From: an uncultured delta proteobacterium
Lineage (GTDB): Bacteria; Desulfobacterota; Binatia; Binatales; Binataceae
Direction: 5' to 3'
Assembly: GCA_963835905.1 (NCBI GenBank)
Contig: CAWIHG010000005.1
Span: forward strand, 891,629-955,628
DNA length: 64,000 nucleotides
Shown piece after piece: positions 1 to 11,148 of the stretch (positions are counted from its first letter, which is position 1; the number at the start of each line of letters is the position of its first letter). The notes beneath the pieces were generated by a model. That model made no database searches. It was not told the DNA's origin and was given only the letters and a program-made list of their open reading frames with translations. The position numbers and the translations under genes were made by a program.

Positions 1-213
1 AGGTTTGATTTGATCACCGCGAATATCCTGAGCGCGGTGCTGATCGAGATGGCACCGGAGCTGGCGCGCAGGCTCGCCGCGGGCGGCACCTTGATCCTCG
101 GTGGAATCCTGTCGCGCGAAGCACCGGCCGTGATACGCCGGTTCCGGAAGATGCTGCGCCTGGTCGAGACCAAACACAGCCGCGGATGGGCGACGCTGGT
201 ATTCGCACAATGA
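1..213 (+). CDS. prmA: Ribosomal protein L11 methyltransferase, C-terminal part (5' truncated by window edge)
   Basis: FDLITANILS...L..GGTLILGGIL resembles the PrmA C-terminal SAM-MTase motifs; sits directly upstream of rsmE with an ATGA overlap. Confidence 0.75.
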   Translation, partial: RFDLITANILSAVLIEMAPELARRLAAGGTLILGGILSREAPAVIRRFRKMLRLVETKHSRGWATLVFAQ

Positions 214-938
214 CCCGCTCGCCCCGCTTTGCGGTCGCCGGAACTCCCCACCCCGGCGACGTCGTGCGTATCTCGGGCGCGGAGGCTCATCACCTGCGCG
301 ACGTGATGCGGCTCGGCGCAGGCGCGCCGGTAACGCTGATCGATGAACGCGGCGTCGAGCATGCGGCCAGAATCGAGCGCGTCGATCGCTCGGTCGCTGA
401 GCTCAGAATCCTCAGCACCGCGGGCGTCCGGACCCGCCCCGGGTTGATAATAGCGTCGGCCATAATCAAGGGACCGCGGATGGATGTGATCGTCGAAAAG
501 GCGGCCGAACTCGGTGCGACCGAACTGTGGCCGGTGGTATGCGCGCGCGGCCTGGTTCGCGAACCCGGGGCGGCGCGGCTCGCGCGATGGCGCAGGCTGG
601 CGCAGGCGGCCAGCAAGCAAAGCCTGGTCGCACCCCCGATGAGCGTCGCGGAGCCGGTCGCGTTTGCGGACTTGATTCGGCGCGCTCCTCGCGACACGCT
701 CGCATTGATTTGTGCGCAAGGCGCGGAACCGATGCATCTGATACTCGAACGCATACGCCCCGCCGCGATTCTGATCGCGTGCGGACCCGAGGGCGACTTC
801 ACGCCCGACGAGGCTCGCGCCGCCGCCGAGGCCGGATTCGTCGCCGCCGCGCTGGGAACCGGACGGCTGCGCAGCGAAACCGCCGCGATCGCGGCGCTCG
901 CGATAGCGGGCGGATGGCTCGGCGCGGCGAAGGCATAG
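210..938 (+). CDS. rsmE: 16S rRNA m3U1498 methyltransferase RsmE
   Basis: HHLRDVMRL, EKAAELG, GPEGDFT and LRSETAA SPOUT motifs; start placed at ATG 210 overlapping the prmA stop. Confidence 0.93.
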   Translation: MTRSPRFAVAGTPHPGDVVRISGAEAHHLRDVMRLGAGAPVTLIDERGVEHAARIERVDRSVAELRILSTAGVRTRPGLIIASAIIKGPRMDVIVEKAAELGATELWPVVCARGLVREPGAARLARWRRLAQAASKQSLVAPPMSVAEPVAFADLIRRAPRDTLALICAQGAEPMHLILERIRPAAILIACGPEGDFTPDEARAAAEAGFVAAALGTGRLRSETAAIAALAIAGGWLGAAKA

Positions 939-953
939 GGAGGAAATACTGGC

Positions 954-1913
954 GTGGCCTACAGGTTCGCATTCGTCATGGACTCGCTCGACGGCGTGCT
1001 GGTCGACAAGGACACCACGTTCGTCTTCATGCTCGAAGCGCTCGCGCGCGGTCACGAGGTATATTTCCTGGGACTGCGGGATCTCACCGCGCGGGGACCG
1101 CAGATCTATGCGCACGCGCGGCGATGCGAAGTGATACGCGCGAAGCCGCACTACCGCTTCCTGGACGAGGGCGACGACTATCCGGTCGAACATTTCCACG
1201 CGGTATTCATGCGCAAGGATCCGCCCGCCGACGCGCCCTACTTGTTCGCAACGATGCTGCTGAGCCTGGCCGATCCGCGCCGCACCTTCGTGCTCAACAA
1301 TCCGGCCGGACTTCGCGAGGCGAACGAAAAGCTCTATGCGCTCAATTTTCCGGAGGTGATTCCGCCCACCCTGGTGACCTACGAAATAGCGCGCCTGCGC
1401 CGCTTCATGAACGAGCAAGGCGGCGAGATGATCGTCAAGCCGCTCGACGGGCACGGCGGCGAAGGCGTGTTCCTGGTCGGCGTGGGCGATCGCAATTTCG
1501 GCGCGATCCTCGAAACCGTCACCCAGTTCGAGACGCGCCCGATCATGGCGCAGCGCTATATCCCCGAGGCCCGCAACGGCGACAAGCGGCTCATCGCGCT
1601 TAACGGCGAGGCGCTGGGATGCACCCTGCGGGTGCCGCGCGAAGACGAGCATCGCGGAAATATCCACGTCGGCGGCACCTGCGTGAAGGCGCCGATCACC
1701 GCGCGCGATCGCGAGATCTGCCGGGTGCTGCGGCCGCGCCTGGAGCGCGATGGGCTGTACTTCGTCGGGCTCGACATAATCGGCGACTACCTGACCGAGG
1801 TGAACGTGACGAGCCCGACCGGGGTTCAGGAGATCGATCGGCTCGACGGCGTCAACCTGGAAGCGAAGGTTATCGATTTCGTGGAGTCGCGCTGCGCTAC
1901 CCTGATGCGCTAG
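954..1913 (+). CDS. gshB: Glutathione synthetase (ATP-grasp)
   Basis: FVMD..., KDTTF, MRKDPP, NEKL, KPLDGHGG, GDKR, RGNIHVGG and EVNVTSPTG motifs; GGAGG RBS upstream. Confidence 0.95.
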   Translation: MAYRFAFVMDSLDGVLVDKDTTFVFMLEALARGHEVYFLGLRDLTARGPQIYAHARRCEVIRAKPHYRFLDEGDDYPVEHFHAVFMRKDPPADAPYLFATMLLSLADPRRTFVLNNPAGLREANEKLYALNFPEVIPPTLVTYEIARLRRFMNEQGGEMIVKPLDGHGGEGVFLVGVGDRNFGAILETVTQFETRPIMAQRYIPEARNGDKRLIALNGEALGCTLRVPREDEHRGNIHVGGTCVKAPITARDREICRVLRPRLERDGLYFVGLDIIGDYLTEVNVTSPTGVQEIDRLDGVNLEAKVIDFVESRCATLMR

Positions 1914-1938
1914 GCGCCTCGCCCGCTCTACCCTGTCA

Positions 1939-1979
1939 CTCCGCCGCTGACGCCTGCGCGGCAGGCGTCAGCGGCGGAG
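1939..1979. terminator. Perfect 19-bp stem hairpin downstream of gshB (terminator or stability element)
   Basis: CTCCGCCGCTGACGCCTGC-gcg-GCAGGCGTCAGCGGCGGAG; no clear U-tract. Confidence 0.5.
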
Positions 1980-2081
1980 CCTAGGTTCCCGCTCCGCGTG
2001 CGGCGGTTGCACGGCTCGCGAGCTACAGGTACGAATTGTAATTCGCGCGGCGCGAGCCGCGCCGGCGTTACCCGCCACGGT

Positions 2082-2157
2082 GGGCAGGTAGCTCAGTCGG
2101 TAGAGCAGAAGACTGAAAATCTTCGTGTCGAGTGTTCGATTCACTCCCTGCCCACCA
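2082..2157 (+). tRNA. tRNA-Phe (GAA)
   Basis: 76 nt; acceptor stem GGGCAGG/CCTGCCC, D-arm GCTCAGTCGGTAGAGC, anticodon arm GAAGA-CTGAAAA-TCTTC, TTCGATT T-loop, encoded CCA. Confidence 0.97.
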
Positions 2158-2161
2158 GATT
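2109..2161 (+). repeat. attL: 53-bp direct repeat (3' part of tRNA-Phe)
   Basis: AAGACTGAAAATCTTCGTGTCGAGTGTTCGATTCACTCCCTGCCCACCAGATT is identical to 15496-15548. Confidence 0.96.
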
Positions 2162-2193
2162 TTACAAGCCGCACAAGGTATTTTCCGATCGTC

Positions 2194-3327
2194 TCATCCC
2201 GCCACCGCCGCTGACTTTGGCACGACCGTGGCACTTCTCAACGGTACTACCGTCGCGGATACGACCGGTTGTGCCGCGAGATGATCGCTGACTCGCTCAA
2301 CCGCCCGCGCGAGGTCGTCCTCGGTCACGATGTCATAGCGATCGAAGATCGAGCGTGTGCGATGCCCGCTGATGCCCATCGCGATCTTTTCGGGAACGCC
2401 AGCGCGGACGAGGTTGCGGACTGCGGTGCGACGCAGATCGTGGACTAGAATCGAGCCCAAGCCCGCGGCCCGGCATGCCGTCGCCCAGCTCTTGCGGAAG
2501 AGTCCAACGGCGTTGCCGTCGCGATGGAAGACGTTCGGGCACTCCGGGATGCGCCGGGTATGCGCGCGCTCGATGATGGCGCGCAGCTCGCCGCGAAGCG
2601 GCAGCACCCGGCCTTTCTTGTTCTTGGAATTCTCCGAGCGCAGCCGAACGACGCCGCCGGCAAGATCGACATCGCGCCATTCCAGCGACCTCATCTCGCC
2701 GACGCGCCAGCCGGAGTAATACAGGAACGCAACCGGATCCCGGAGATCGTCAGGTAGCGCCTCGCGCAGCCGTTCAAATTCCGGGTGACTCAAAAATCCC
2801 GAGCGGGCGTTGTTCTCGTCGAGCATCGCGATATAGGGCCGCGCCCCGACCTTCCCCGCGCGGCTGGCCAGCGTGAAGGCGCGCTTGAGCGCGGCGAGGC
2901 TCCGGTTGATCGTGCTGTTCGCAGCACCCGCGGACTGGCGGTCGACGGTGTACGCCGTGATTCGATCGGTCGTGATGGCGAGCGCCCGGCAGTCCTCGCC
3001 GAAGTACGCCTTCAAGTGCGCGAGGGGCGCCTTGATGACGCGCAGCCGCCGGTTGTTGGCTCTGTAGTCGGCCTCGAGCATCGCCATCAGGTCGCCAAGA
3101 GTAGTGCGCTCGATATTGTTCCCGACTGGCTTCCCGGCCGCCGCATCACCGAGTTTCACCTTCAGGAGATGAACCGCATCCGCCCGGTTGTGTGAGCCCG
3201 AATTCTCCCGGATGCGCTTGCCACGGACGTTGTACTGGATCCACCACGTCGAGGACGTTTTAACCTCCCCCGTGCGCCGGTTTTTGTAGGTGGGCTGAAA
3301 GACCAGTCCGGTTCCGCGCGTCTTCAT
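2194..3327 (-). CDS. int: Tyrosine recombinase / phage integrase
   Basis: Catalytic signature GWR(V)GE, HDLRR, GHRT, DRYD; N-terminal arm-binding-like region (WWIQYNVRGKRIRE); adjacent to attL. Confidence 0.95.
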   Translation of the reverse strand: MKTRGTGLVFQPTYKNRRTGEVKTSSTWWIQYNVRGKRIRENSGSHNRADAVHLLKVKLGDAAAGKPVGNNIERTTLGDLMAMLEADYRANNRRLRVIKAPLAHLKAYFGEDCRALAITTDRITAYTVDRQSAGAANSTINRSLAALKRAFTLASRAGKVGARPYIAMLDENNARSGFLSHPEFERLREALPDDLRDPVAFLYYSGWRVGEMRSLEWRDVDLAGGVVRLRSENSKNKKGRVLPLRGELRAIIERAHTRRIPECPNVFHRDGNAVGLFRKSWATACRAAGLGSILVHDLRRTAVRNLVRAGVPEKIAMGISGHRTRSIFDRYDIVTEDDLARAVERVSDHLAAQPVVSATVVPLRSATVVPKSAAVAG

Positions 3328-3494
3328 CGTGAGCCCTCCCGCTTCATCGGAGTTTTCAGATAGGCGACGATCGCGGCCGCAACCAGATCTTGGAGGTCAA
3401 TCCCCTCATCAAGCGCACGCACGCGAGCATCGCGCCACAGAGGTTTGGGCAGCCTGATCGTTGTCTTGACAGCCTCGGTATCAGTCTTTTTCAT
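3324..3494 (-). CDS. Ribbon-helix-helix (Arc/CopG-like) DNA-binding protein, 56 aa (not in ORF track)
   Basis: Manual translation MKKTDTEAVKTTIRLPKPLWRDARVRALDEGIDLQDLVAAAIVAYLKTPMKREGSR; KTTIRLP beta-strand followed by two helices; stop overlaps the int start (ATGA). Confidence 0.8.
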   Translation of the reverse strand: MKKTDTEAVKTTIRLPKPLWRDARVRALDEGIDLQDLVAAAIVAYLKTPMKREGSR

Positions 3495-3500
3495 GCCCCC

Positions 3501-3526
3501 ATTCTAGCCGTCCCGACGGCTAGCCG

Positions 3527-3530
<4 letters not shown>
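3501..3530 (-). promoter_or_regulatory. Sigma70-like promoter with overlapping palindromic operator upstream of RHH-int
   Basis: Minus strand TTGACG-18 bp-TAGAAT; the inverted repeat CTAGCCGTC-cc-GACGGCTAG (3504-3523) and a third CTAGCCGTC copy (3520-3528) cover the spacer. Confidence 0.7.
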
Positions 3531-6084
<2,554 letters not shown>

Positions 6085-7100
6085 AGGCTGCGAACCGTCG
6101 ACGTTGGCACGACTCTTGTCCGGTCGGGCCGACACGAAGATTTCTTATCTTTTGACACGGTGTAAGTATTTAATATTGTTAGAGAATTTCACGACATGGG
6201 CAGAACATGGGCAGGGTTCGCTTTCGGTGCGGAGCTCGCGGTGGGATCGCGGTCGGATGCGTTCATGAATCGGCACCACGGGCGGTTGACCTTGCGCGAG
6301 GCCGACACAAGCGACCGGTTGGGGTCAGAACACTCACCGAAGTCACCATACTCACCACGCCCTCGGCCCACCCCTGTCGCGCGGGTGCGGCTGGCGCGAT
6401 CCCAAGGTCGGCGAGGGTGGATTGGTTTCGTCGGGTACCGTTTTTGGCGGTTCCTGACGGGTACCGCCAGAAACATCCCTGCCGCGCGGTGCGGCCGCGC
6501 TGGCGAACCTCGGGCAGGGACGCCGGGAATCAAATGCGCCAATTGGCGCATTGGTCTCCCAGCCCGAGGCGGCGGCCTGAACCGCGCCGCGGCTATCCCG
6601 CGATCCGCTCTCTCGCGCCGACACCCTCGCGGGCGGGATTTCGACGCCGCGCGCGATATCCATCCACCAGCCGCCGGGCCCAGTTGGGCGCCGCGACCGT
6701 GCGGGGATCCACGCGCCCCCATAGCGGCGACGCCGCCTGAAACTCAATGAACGCGATCGCCCGCGGATGCGGGCCGCCGGCCGCGCCGTCGCGCACACAA
6801 TGGACCCGCGCGGGACAATGGTCGATTGCCCATCCCTGAGCGACATGCCAATAACCGCCGTGAAGCCACGGAAGCGGCACGTGCCAGAAAAAGTACGGGC
6901 CGAGGCCCACAGGCGGGCACGAACAAAAAAATACGACGCCAGCATAAAACCGAAGCATCCCCACCAGTGCGCGCCGTTGGCCCAGCGTGCCCCGCGCGGC
7001 CGGTGTCGCCCGCAACGCCCCGGTCGAGCAGCACACAGGGCGGCCGGGGTGTGCGAACTGGGAAGCCTTTACGCGGTCGGGCATGGGAGTTACCTATTTT

Positions 7101-7160
7101 CTAGACTAGCAACTAGGCTACTAACTAGCTATTGACAGTTTCGCGCCTCGGGCGTAAGTA
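7101..7160 (+). promoter_or_regulatory. CTAG-repeat cluster and putative promoter (TTGACA-17 bp-TAAGTA) upstream of the only plus-strand element gene
   Basis: CTAGACTAGCAACTAGGCTACTAACTAGCTA followed by a perfect TTGACA at 7132-7137; the -10 is weak; AGGAGG RBS precedes ATG 7182. Confidence 0.45.
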
Positions 7161-7181
7161 GCTCCGCAGGAGGTACGAACG

Positions 7182-7586
7182 ATGGATACTCACACACTGA
7201 TCGAGGCTGCATTGGAACCTGTCCGGCGCGAGGCGATGGCGGCTGCCCGGACGCTCGGACTGCCGGCGGAGAACACGGCCGCTGCTGCCGACGCAGAATG
7301 GCGCTTCTGGGACTGCACGACCGGGTCCCCGATGGATTACACAGACAAGCTGCCGCGCGGGCTTGCCTGTAGGGCGGAGTGCCTCTTCGCGCTGACTGAT
7401 CTGCTCGACCCTATGCGCGGTTCGCTCGCGAATTTGGGCGACGGCATCACGGAGTGGATTGCAGAGGTCGAGCGGATGCGCGAGGTGCTCCGCCGCATGC
7501 TGCCGCAGGCGGATCGCGTTGGGCGCCCGGCGGAATTTGCCGCGTGGACGGCAGCACACCGCGAGCACAATCAGGCCGCGGCCTAG
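7182..7586 (+). CDS. Hypothetical protein, 134 aa (helical)
   Basis: Strong AGGAGGT RBS and protein-like composition; no family recognised. Confidence 0.7.
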   Translation: MDTHTLIEAALEPVRREAMAAARTLGLPAENTAAAADAEWRFWDCTTGSPMDYTDKLPRGLACRAECLFALTDLLDPMRGSLANLGDGITEWIAEVERMREVLRRMLPQADRVGRPAEFAAWTAAHREHNQAAA

Positions 7587-7840
7587 GCCGCCGCGTCGGG
7601 CCGGCGCTTCGGGTTGGCGACCGCGACCTTGAGGCGCCGGCCGTGCAGGTCGGTGCCGTCGAGCTGTGCGATCGCGATCGCGGAGGTTCCGTCCTCGATT
7701 TCGACGAAGCCGAAGCCTCGACTGCGACCGTTTGGATCGCGGTTTACTTTTGCCCAGCTCGGGTTGAACGCGCGGAAGGTGTCGAACAGGTCGTCGTCGG
7801 TCAGGTCGTAGGCGAGGTTGCCAACATAGAGTCGAGCCAC
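7583..7840 (-). CDS. RNA-recognition-motif (RRM/RNP) RNA-binding protein
   Basis: RNP2 LYVGNL, RNP1 RGFGFVEI, LDG..LHGRRLKV; GAGGAG RBS before GTG. Confidence 0.92.
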   Translation of the reverse strand: MARLYVGNLAYDLTDDDLFDTFRAFNPSWAKVNRDPNGRSRGFGFVEIEDGTSAIAIAQLDGTDLHGRRLKVAVANPKRRPDAAA

Positions 7841-7866
7841 AAAAGTTACTCCTCGGTCACTTAGTA

Positions 7867-8439
7867 TTACGCCGCTATCCGCGCCCGTCGTTCAGCGCGT
7901 CGAGCCGCCGCGATGCGTGCGCGATTTTTGATTCGAACTTTTCTGATCGTCGATGGATCGACGCGGAAGTCGCGCGCGAGCTCCGGCGTCCGCCTGCCGC
8001 GGGCGAGCTCGGCGACAATGAAGTCGATTTGCGCGGCGGTCAGCTTGCGCCGCCGCACACGGCATGGTCGGCTTCGGTGGATAATGTCGCGCGCGCGGTC
8101 GCGAATCACGTCGACGTCCAGCCCCAGCGCGGCACATACGTTTTCCAGCGACATGGGCGACGGCACACCCGCGAAAAACCATTCCAGCGCCTCGCCGAAC
8201 AGCTCGCGCCGCTCGTTCTCTGTCAGCGGCCGGCCGCCGGCGTCGCGGTATGGCAGCCGGGCACCGACGCGCAGGGCTTCGAGGTCATCGAACGCCCGGC
8301 GCAGCACCGCGAGAAACAGCGCGCGCTCGGCGCAATCGTCAGCGGTTTGCGGCTCGTTCATTTTCGCATTGTTCGCCGCGCCGGCATCCGGAGCAGAGAC
8401 AATCCGCGAGCAGCGCGGGATCGCGGACCTCACGATCAC
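7867..8439 (-). CDS. Hypothetical protein with ERALFLAVL..A..D / EALEWF / S.ENVC.ALGLD domain and C-terminal HTH (start uncertain)
   Basis: C-terminal KLTAAQI...ELARDFRVDPSTIRKV is HTH-like; the N-terminal domain resembles an uncharacterised family recalled from phages and Binatota-like genomes. Confidence 0.65.
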   Translation of the reverse strand: MIVRSAIPRCSRIVSAPDAGAANNAKMNEPQTADDCAERALFLAVLRRAFDDLEALRVGARLPYRDAGGRPLTENERRELFGEALEWFFAGVPSPMSLENVCAALGLDVDVIRDRARDIIHRSRPCRVRRRKLTAAQIDFIVAELARGRRTPELARDFRVDPSTIRKVRIKNRARIAAARRAERRARIAA

Positions 8440-8520
8440 GGCGCCCGGCTTGGGTTTCGTGCCACCGCGGCGACCAGCGGGCGTCGGCAGAAAGTTCGGG
8501 TTTTCGCTTCTTCCTTTCCA

Positions 8521-10032
8521 TTAGTAACACCGAAGGTCATCGCGAGTGAGTAATCGGCGGCCGACTCGCGCCCGAGAATCCCGAGCATCCGCTTGTGCGC
8601 ATTCCGGATGCCCGCAGCTCGTCGCCCTCGACGCCACGGCGCCGCTGTACCGCGCGCGGTGAAGCTCGGCGCGGGAGCGCGCAAGAAAGGCGTGGTCGGC
8701 CGCGGTCAAATGCCCGCCATTACCGCGAAGCCACCCGAGCGCTTGGGTTAAAGCATCAACCTGATCGTCGTGTGGTGCAGCCGGGAAGCTCGTCACTTCG
8801 TCGAGGAAGTCCTCGCGCCACGATGCCGAATCCGGCAGGTACACGCGGCCGGCCTCAACCAGCGGGCTGACTGCATGCGCGCGGCTTTCCTTGTCGCCCT
8901 GAGGGCGCACCGGCAGGATGGGTAATCGGGTTTCGGCCTTGAGCGCCTGAATGAGGCTTTGGCCCGATGCCGCATCCTCGATCAAAACCGCGTGCGGCTG
9001 CCAGAACGCGGCCAGCGCGACCGCGCGGGATTGGAGTAGAGGAAATTCCAAGCGCTCCCGCACAACGTGGAGCAAGTGATAGCCAGTCGCGGACTCGCCG
9101 ATGACCATGATGACGCTGTAGTCGTTCGAAGCGCCGGCCTTGAAGGCGGTATCCAGACTGAAAATCACGCGGCGGTACTCAGTACCCTCGGTCGAGGGTT
9201 TAAACCAATCGCGGCGAAAGATACCGCCTTGCTCAGGCGTAGGCCGCTGCTGGTAGAGCGATGCCCATGCCGAGCCGCCGATCGCCTCGCGGATGCGCGA
9301 CAGGGTCTCGATCGGGTATCGTTCAGGCCAAAGTGCGGCGCCTTCGGGCCGCCCCAGAAGGTCGTCGGATTCCGCGACTGCTGGAAGGCTGACTACTCGC
9401 CAACCTTCATCTGCGTGCTCTTTCAGCAGCCATCCGCAGAGGTCAGCTTCATGCCACCGCGTCGCTACGATGACGATTCGCCCGCCCGGCTCCAAGCGCG
9501 GGTACAGCACGTGTTGATACCACTCGCAGAGTGACTTGCGAAACGTGGCAGAGCGCGCGTCCTCGGCATTTTTGATCGGGTCGTCGACGACCACAAGGTC
9601 GCCGCCGCGGCCGGTGATTGGTCCGCCCGCGCCGATCGCGAAATAGGCGCCGCCGAGGTTGGTGTGAAACCTGTGTACGCTGTCCGAGTCGTCGCTGATT
9701 ACGCAGTCGGGTAATATCTGGCGGTGTAGCCGGTCGCTGGCGAAGTTCCGCACGCGGCGGCCGAAGTCTGAAGCGAGTTCTTGCCCGTAGGAAGCCGCGA
9801 TGATCGACCCTGTGGGGTGCTTGCCCAGAAACCACGCGGGATACAACGCACTGACAATGGTTGATTTCCCGTGGCGCGGCGGCATCGCAATGATGACTCG
9901 ATCGAGTTCGGCACGCTCGACGGCTTCCAGCGTGTCGAGGATCACGCGATGGTGCGGTGCTAATACGAACGGCGCCCACATCGCCGCGCAATAGCACCCC
10001 AAGTCAGTCCGCGCTTGCTTCAGCGGTTCCAC
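8521..10032 (-). CDS. terL: Phage terminase large subunit
   Basis: Walker A MPPRHGKS, ITGRGGD..VVDDP Walker B, TRWHEADL, nuclease motifs SLDTA, IEDAASG and HDDQVDA; start placed at GTG 10032 behind GAGGAG. Confidence 0.93.
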   Translation of the reverse strand: MEPLKQARTDLGCYCAAMWAPFVLAPHHRVILDTLEAVERAELDRVIIAMPPRHGKSTIVSALYPAWFLGKHPTGSIIAASYGQELASDFGRRVRNFASDRLHRQILPDCVISDDSDSVHRFHTNLGGAYFAIGAGGPITGRGGDLVVVDDPIKNAEDARSATFRKSLCEWYQHVLYPRLEPGGRIVIVATRWHEADLCGWLLKEHADEGWRVVSLPAVAESDDLLGRPEGAALWPERYPIETLSRIREAIGGSAWASLYQQRPTPEQGGIFRRDWFKPSTEGTEYRRVIFSLDTAFKAGASNDYSVIMVIGESATGYHLLHVVRERLEFPLLQSRAVALAAFWQPHAVLIEDAASGQSLIQALKAETRLPILPVRPQGDKESRAHAVSPLVEAGRVYLPDSASWREDFLDEVTSFPAAPHDDQVDALTQALGWLRGNGGHLTAADHAFLARSRAELHRARYSGAVASRATSCGHPECAQADARDSRARVGRRLLTRDDLRCY

Positions 10033-10369
10033 GCGGCTCCTCACTGCGCGCTTTCTTCGCGCGGCCAATTCGTTCGAATACCGCGTCGAGCGATCCCGCG
10101 CCGGCGCTGTCGGGTAAGACGGATGTCGGCATGAGTCCGACCGCCTTGAGGGCCGCAAGCTGCGAATCTGCCAGCCTGCGGAACACATCGAGGCTCGATA
10201 CTAGCTCGCCATCATCGTCGAGCAGGCTTGCCCGCGACTTGAGTGTTTCGTAGGCGCGATCGACCAGCAGCGTCAGCCGAGCGGCCGTTTGCAGCGCGGG
10301 GCGGTACTTCGGGTCGGTGAGGATCGAATTACCGGACAATCGGATTAGCGCGGAGACCTTGCGGCGCAA
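10004..10369 (-). CDS. Putative terminase small subunit (P27-like)
   Basis: Overlaps the terL 5' end; helical with C-terminal LKAVGLMPTS resembling the GLTP motif of P27-family TerS; start uncertain. Confidence 0.55.
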   Translation of the reverse strand: MRRKVSALIRLSGNSILTDPKYRPALQTAARLTLLVDRAYETLKSRASLLDDDGELVSSLDVFRRLADSQLAALKAVGLMPTSVLPDSAGAGSLDAVFERIGRAKKARSEEPRGTAEASAD

Positions 10370-10618
10370 TTTTTGGTCGCGCTTTGCGCGTCGTGACGCG
10401 GGGCAAATTAGTTACTGCTGGCAACGTAGTACCTCATTAGTTGCCGGGCAGGCGCCGGGTCGGGAGAGCAACCCGACACCCCGCGGCCTACTACTCCGCG
10501 TTGCCCGGCTGCGCGCGAGAGGGAACGCGCGATGAGAGGGGCCGGCGAGGGCCGAAGCGAGCCACGCGCAGCTTGCGCGGCACAAGACCGCGTCGCCGGC
10601 TTATATGCAGTTGAATAC

Positions 10619-11146
10619 TCACAGATCCGCGGGCGAAAGCGGCGTCCGTGGACGCCCGGGCATTCGAAGGACACTCTTTGGCCGCCCGAGCATCAGCGGA
10701 TCATCCGGGTCAGGCCCGCGCTCGGTGAGTTCGAAGCTCAGCCGCGGCTTGCGTCCAAAATGCGGCGGCGTCTTTGTCTTCCGCTTCCTCGGAGGTGCGC
10801 TCGGGTCATACGGCTTCCGCGACGGCTGCGACACATAGTCAGTCGGCGCAGGCGGAAACGGCGTGCTCGGGCGCGACTTCAAAAACGGCTGCGATCCCGC
10901 AGGTCCATTGGCAGGACCCGGGTTGAACGGGTCGCTTGACCCATGGAGCGACCGCCCCAGAATCGGGTTCCGGCGCTGCGCCGCGACAGCCTCGATAGAG
11001 TACGCCGACTTTTGCGGCGATTTCACGTTCTGATTTGGTGGCTCATGTTTTCCCTCGTGTCGCGACGATGAGCCGCGATGTTTTTCGAATGTGGTAGCGC
11101 GAAATGAAATACCGGCATCGGCGCCGACGCATATTGCTATAGCCAC
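10619..11146 (-). CDS. Pro-rich hypothetical protein (start uncertain, possible frameshift near 11040)
   Basis: Open frame co-oriented with neighbours; an RBS-preceded ATG at 11047 lies in another frame. Confidence 0.35.
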   Translation of the reverse strand: MAIAICVGADAGISFRATTFEKHRGSSSRHEGKHEPPNQNVKSPQKSAYSIEAVAAQRRNPILGRSLHGSSDPFNPGPANGPAGSQPFLKSRPSTPFPPAPTDYVSQPSRKPYDPSAPPRKRKTKTPPHFGRKPRLSFELTERGPDPDDPLMLGRPKSVLRMPGRPRTPLSPADL

Positions 11147-11148
11147 TG

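Noticed and set aside
6189..7135. Several overlapping 90-200 aa ORFs on both strands
   Set aside because: Arg/Pro/Gly-rich, no recognisable motifs or convincing RBS; not called as genes, although 6593-7084 cannot be fully excluded.
10033..10188. N-terminal extension of TerL in the ORF track
   Set aside because: It overlaps the TerS-like gene; an RBS-supported GTG at 10032 fits better.
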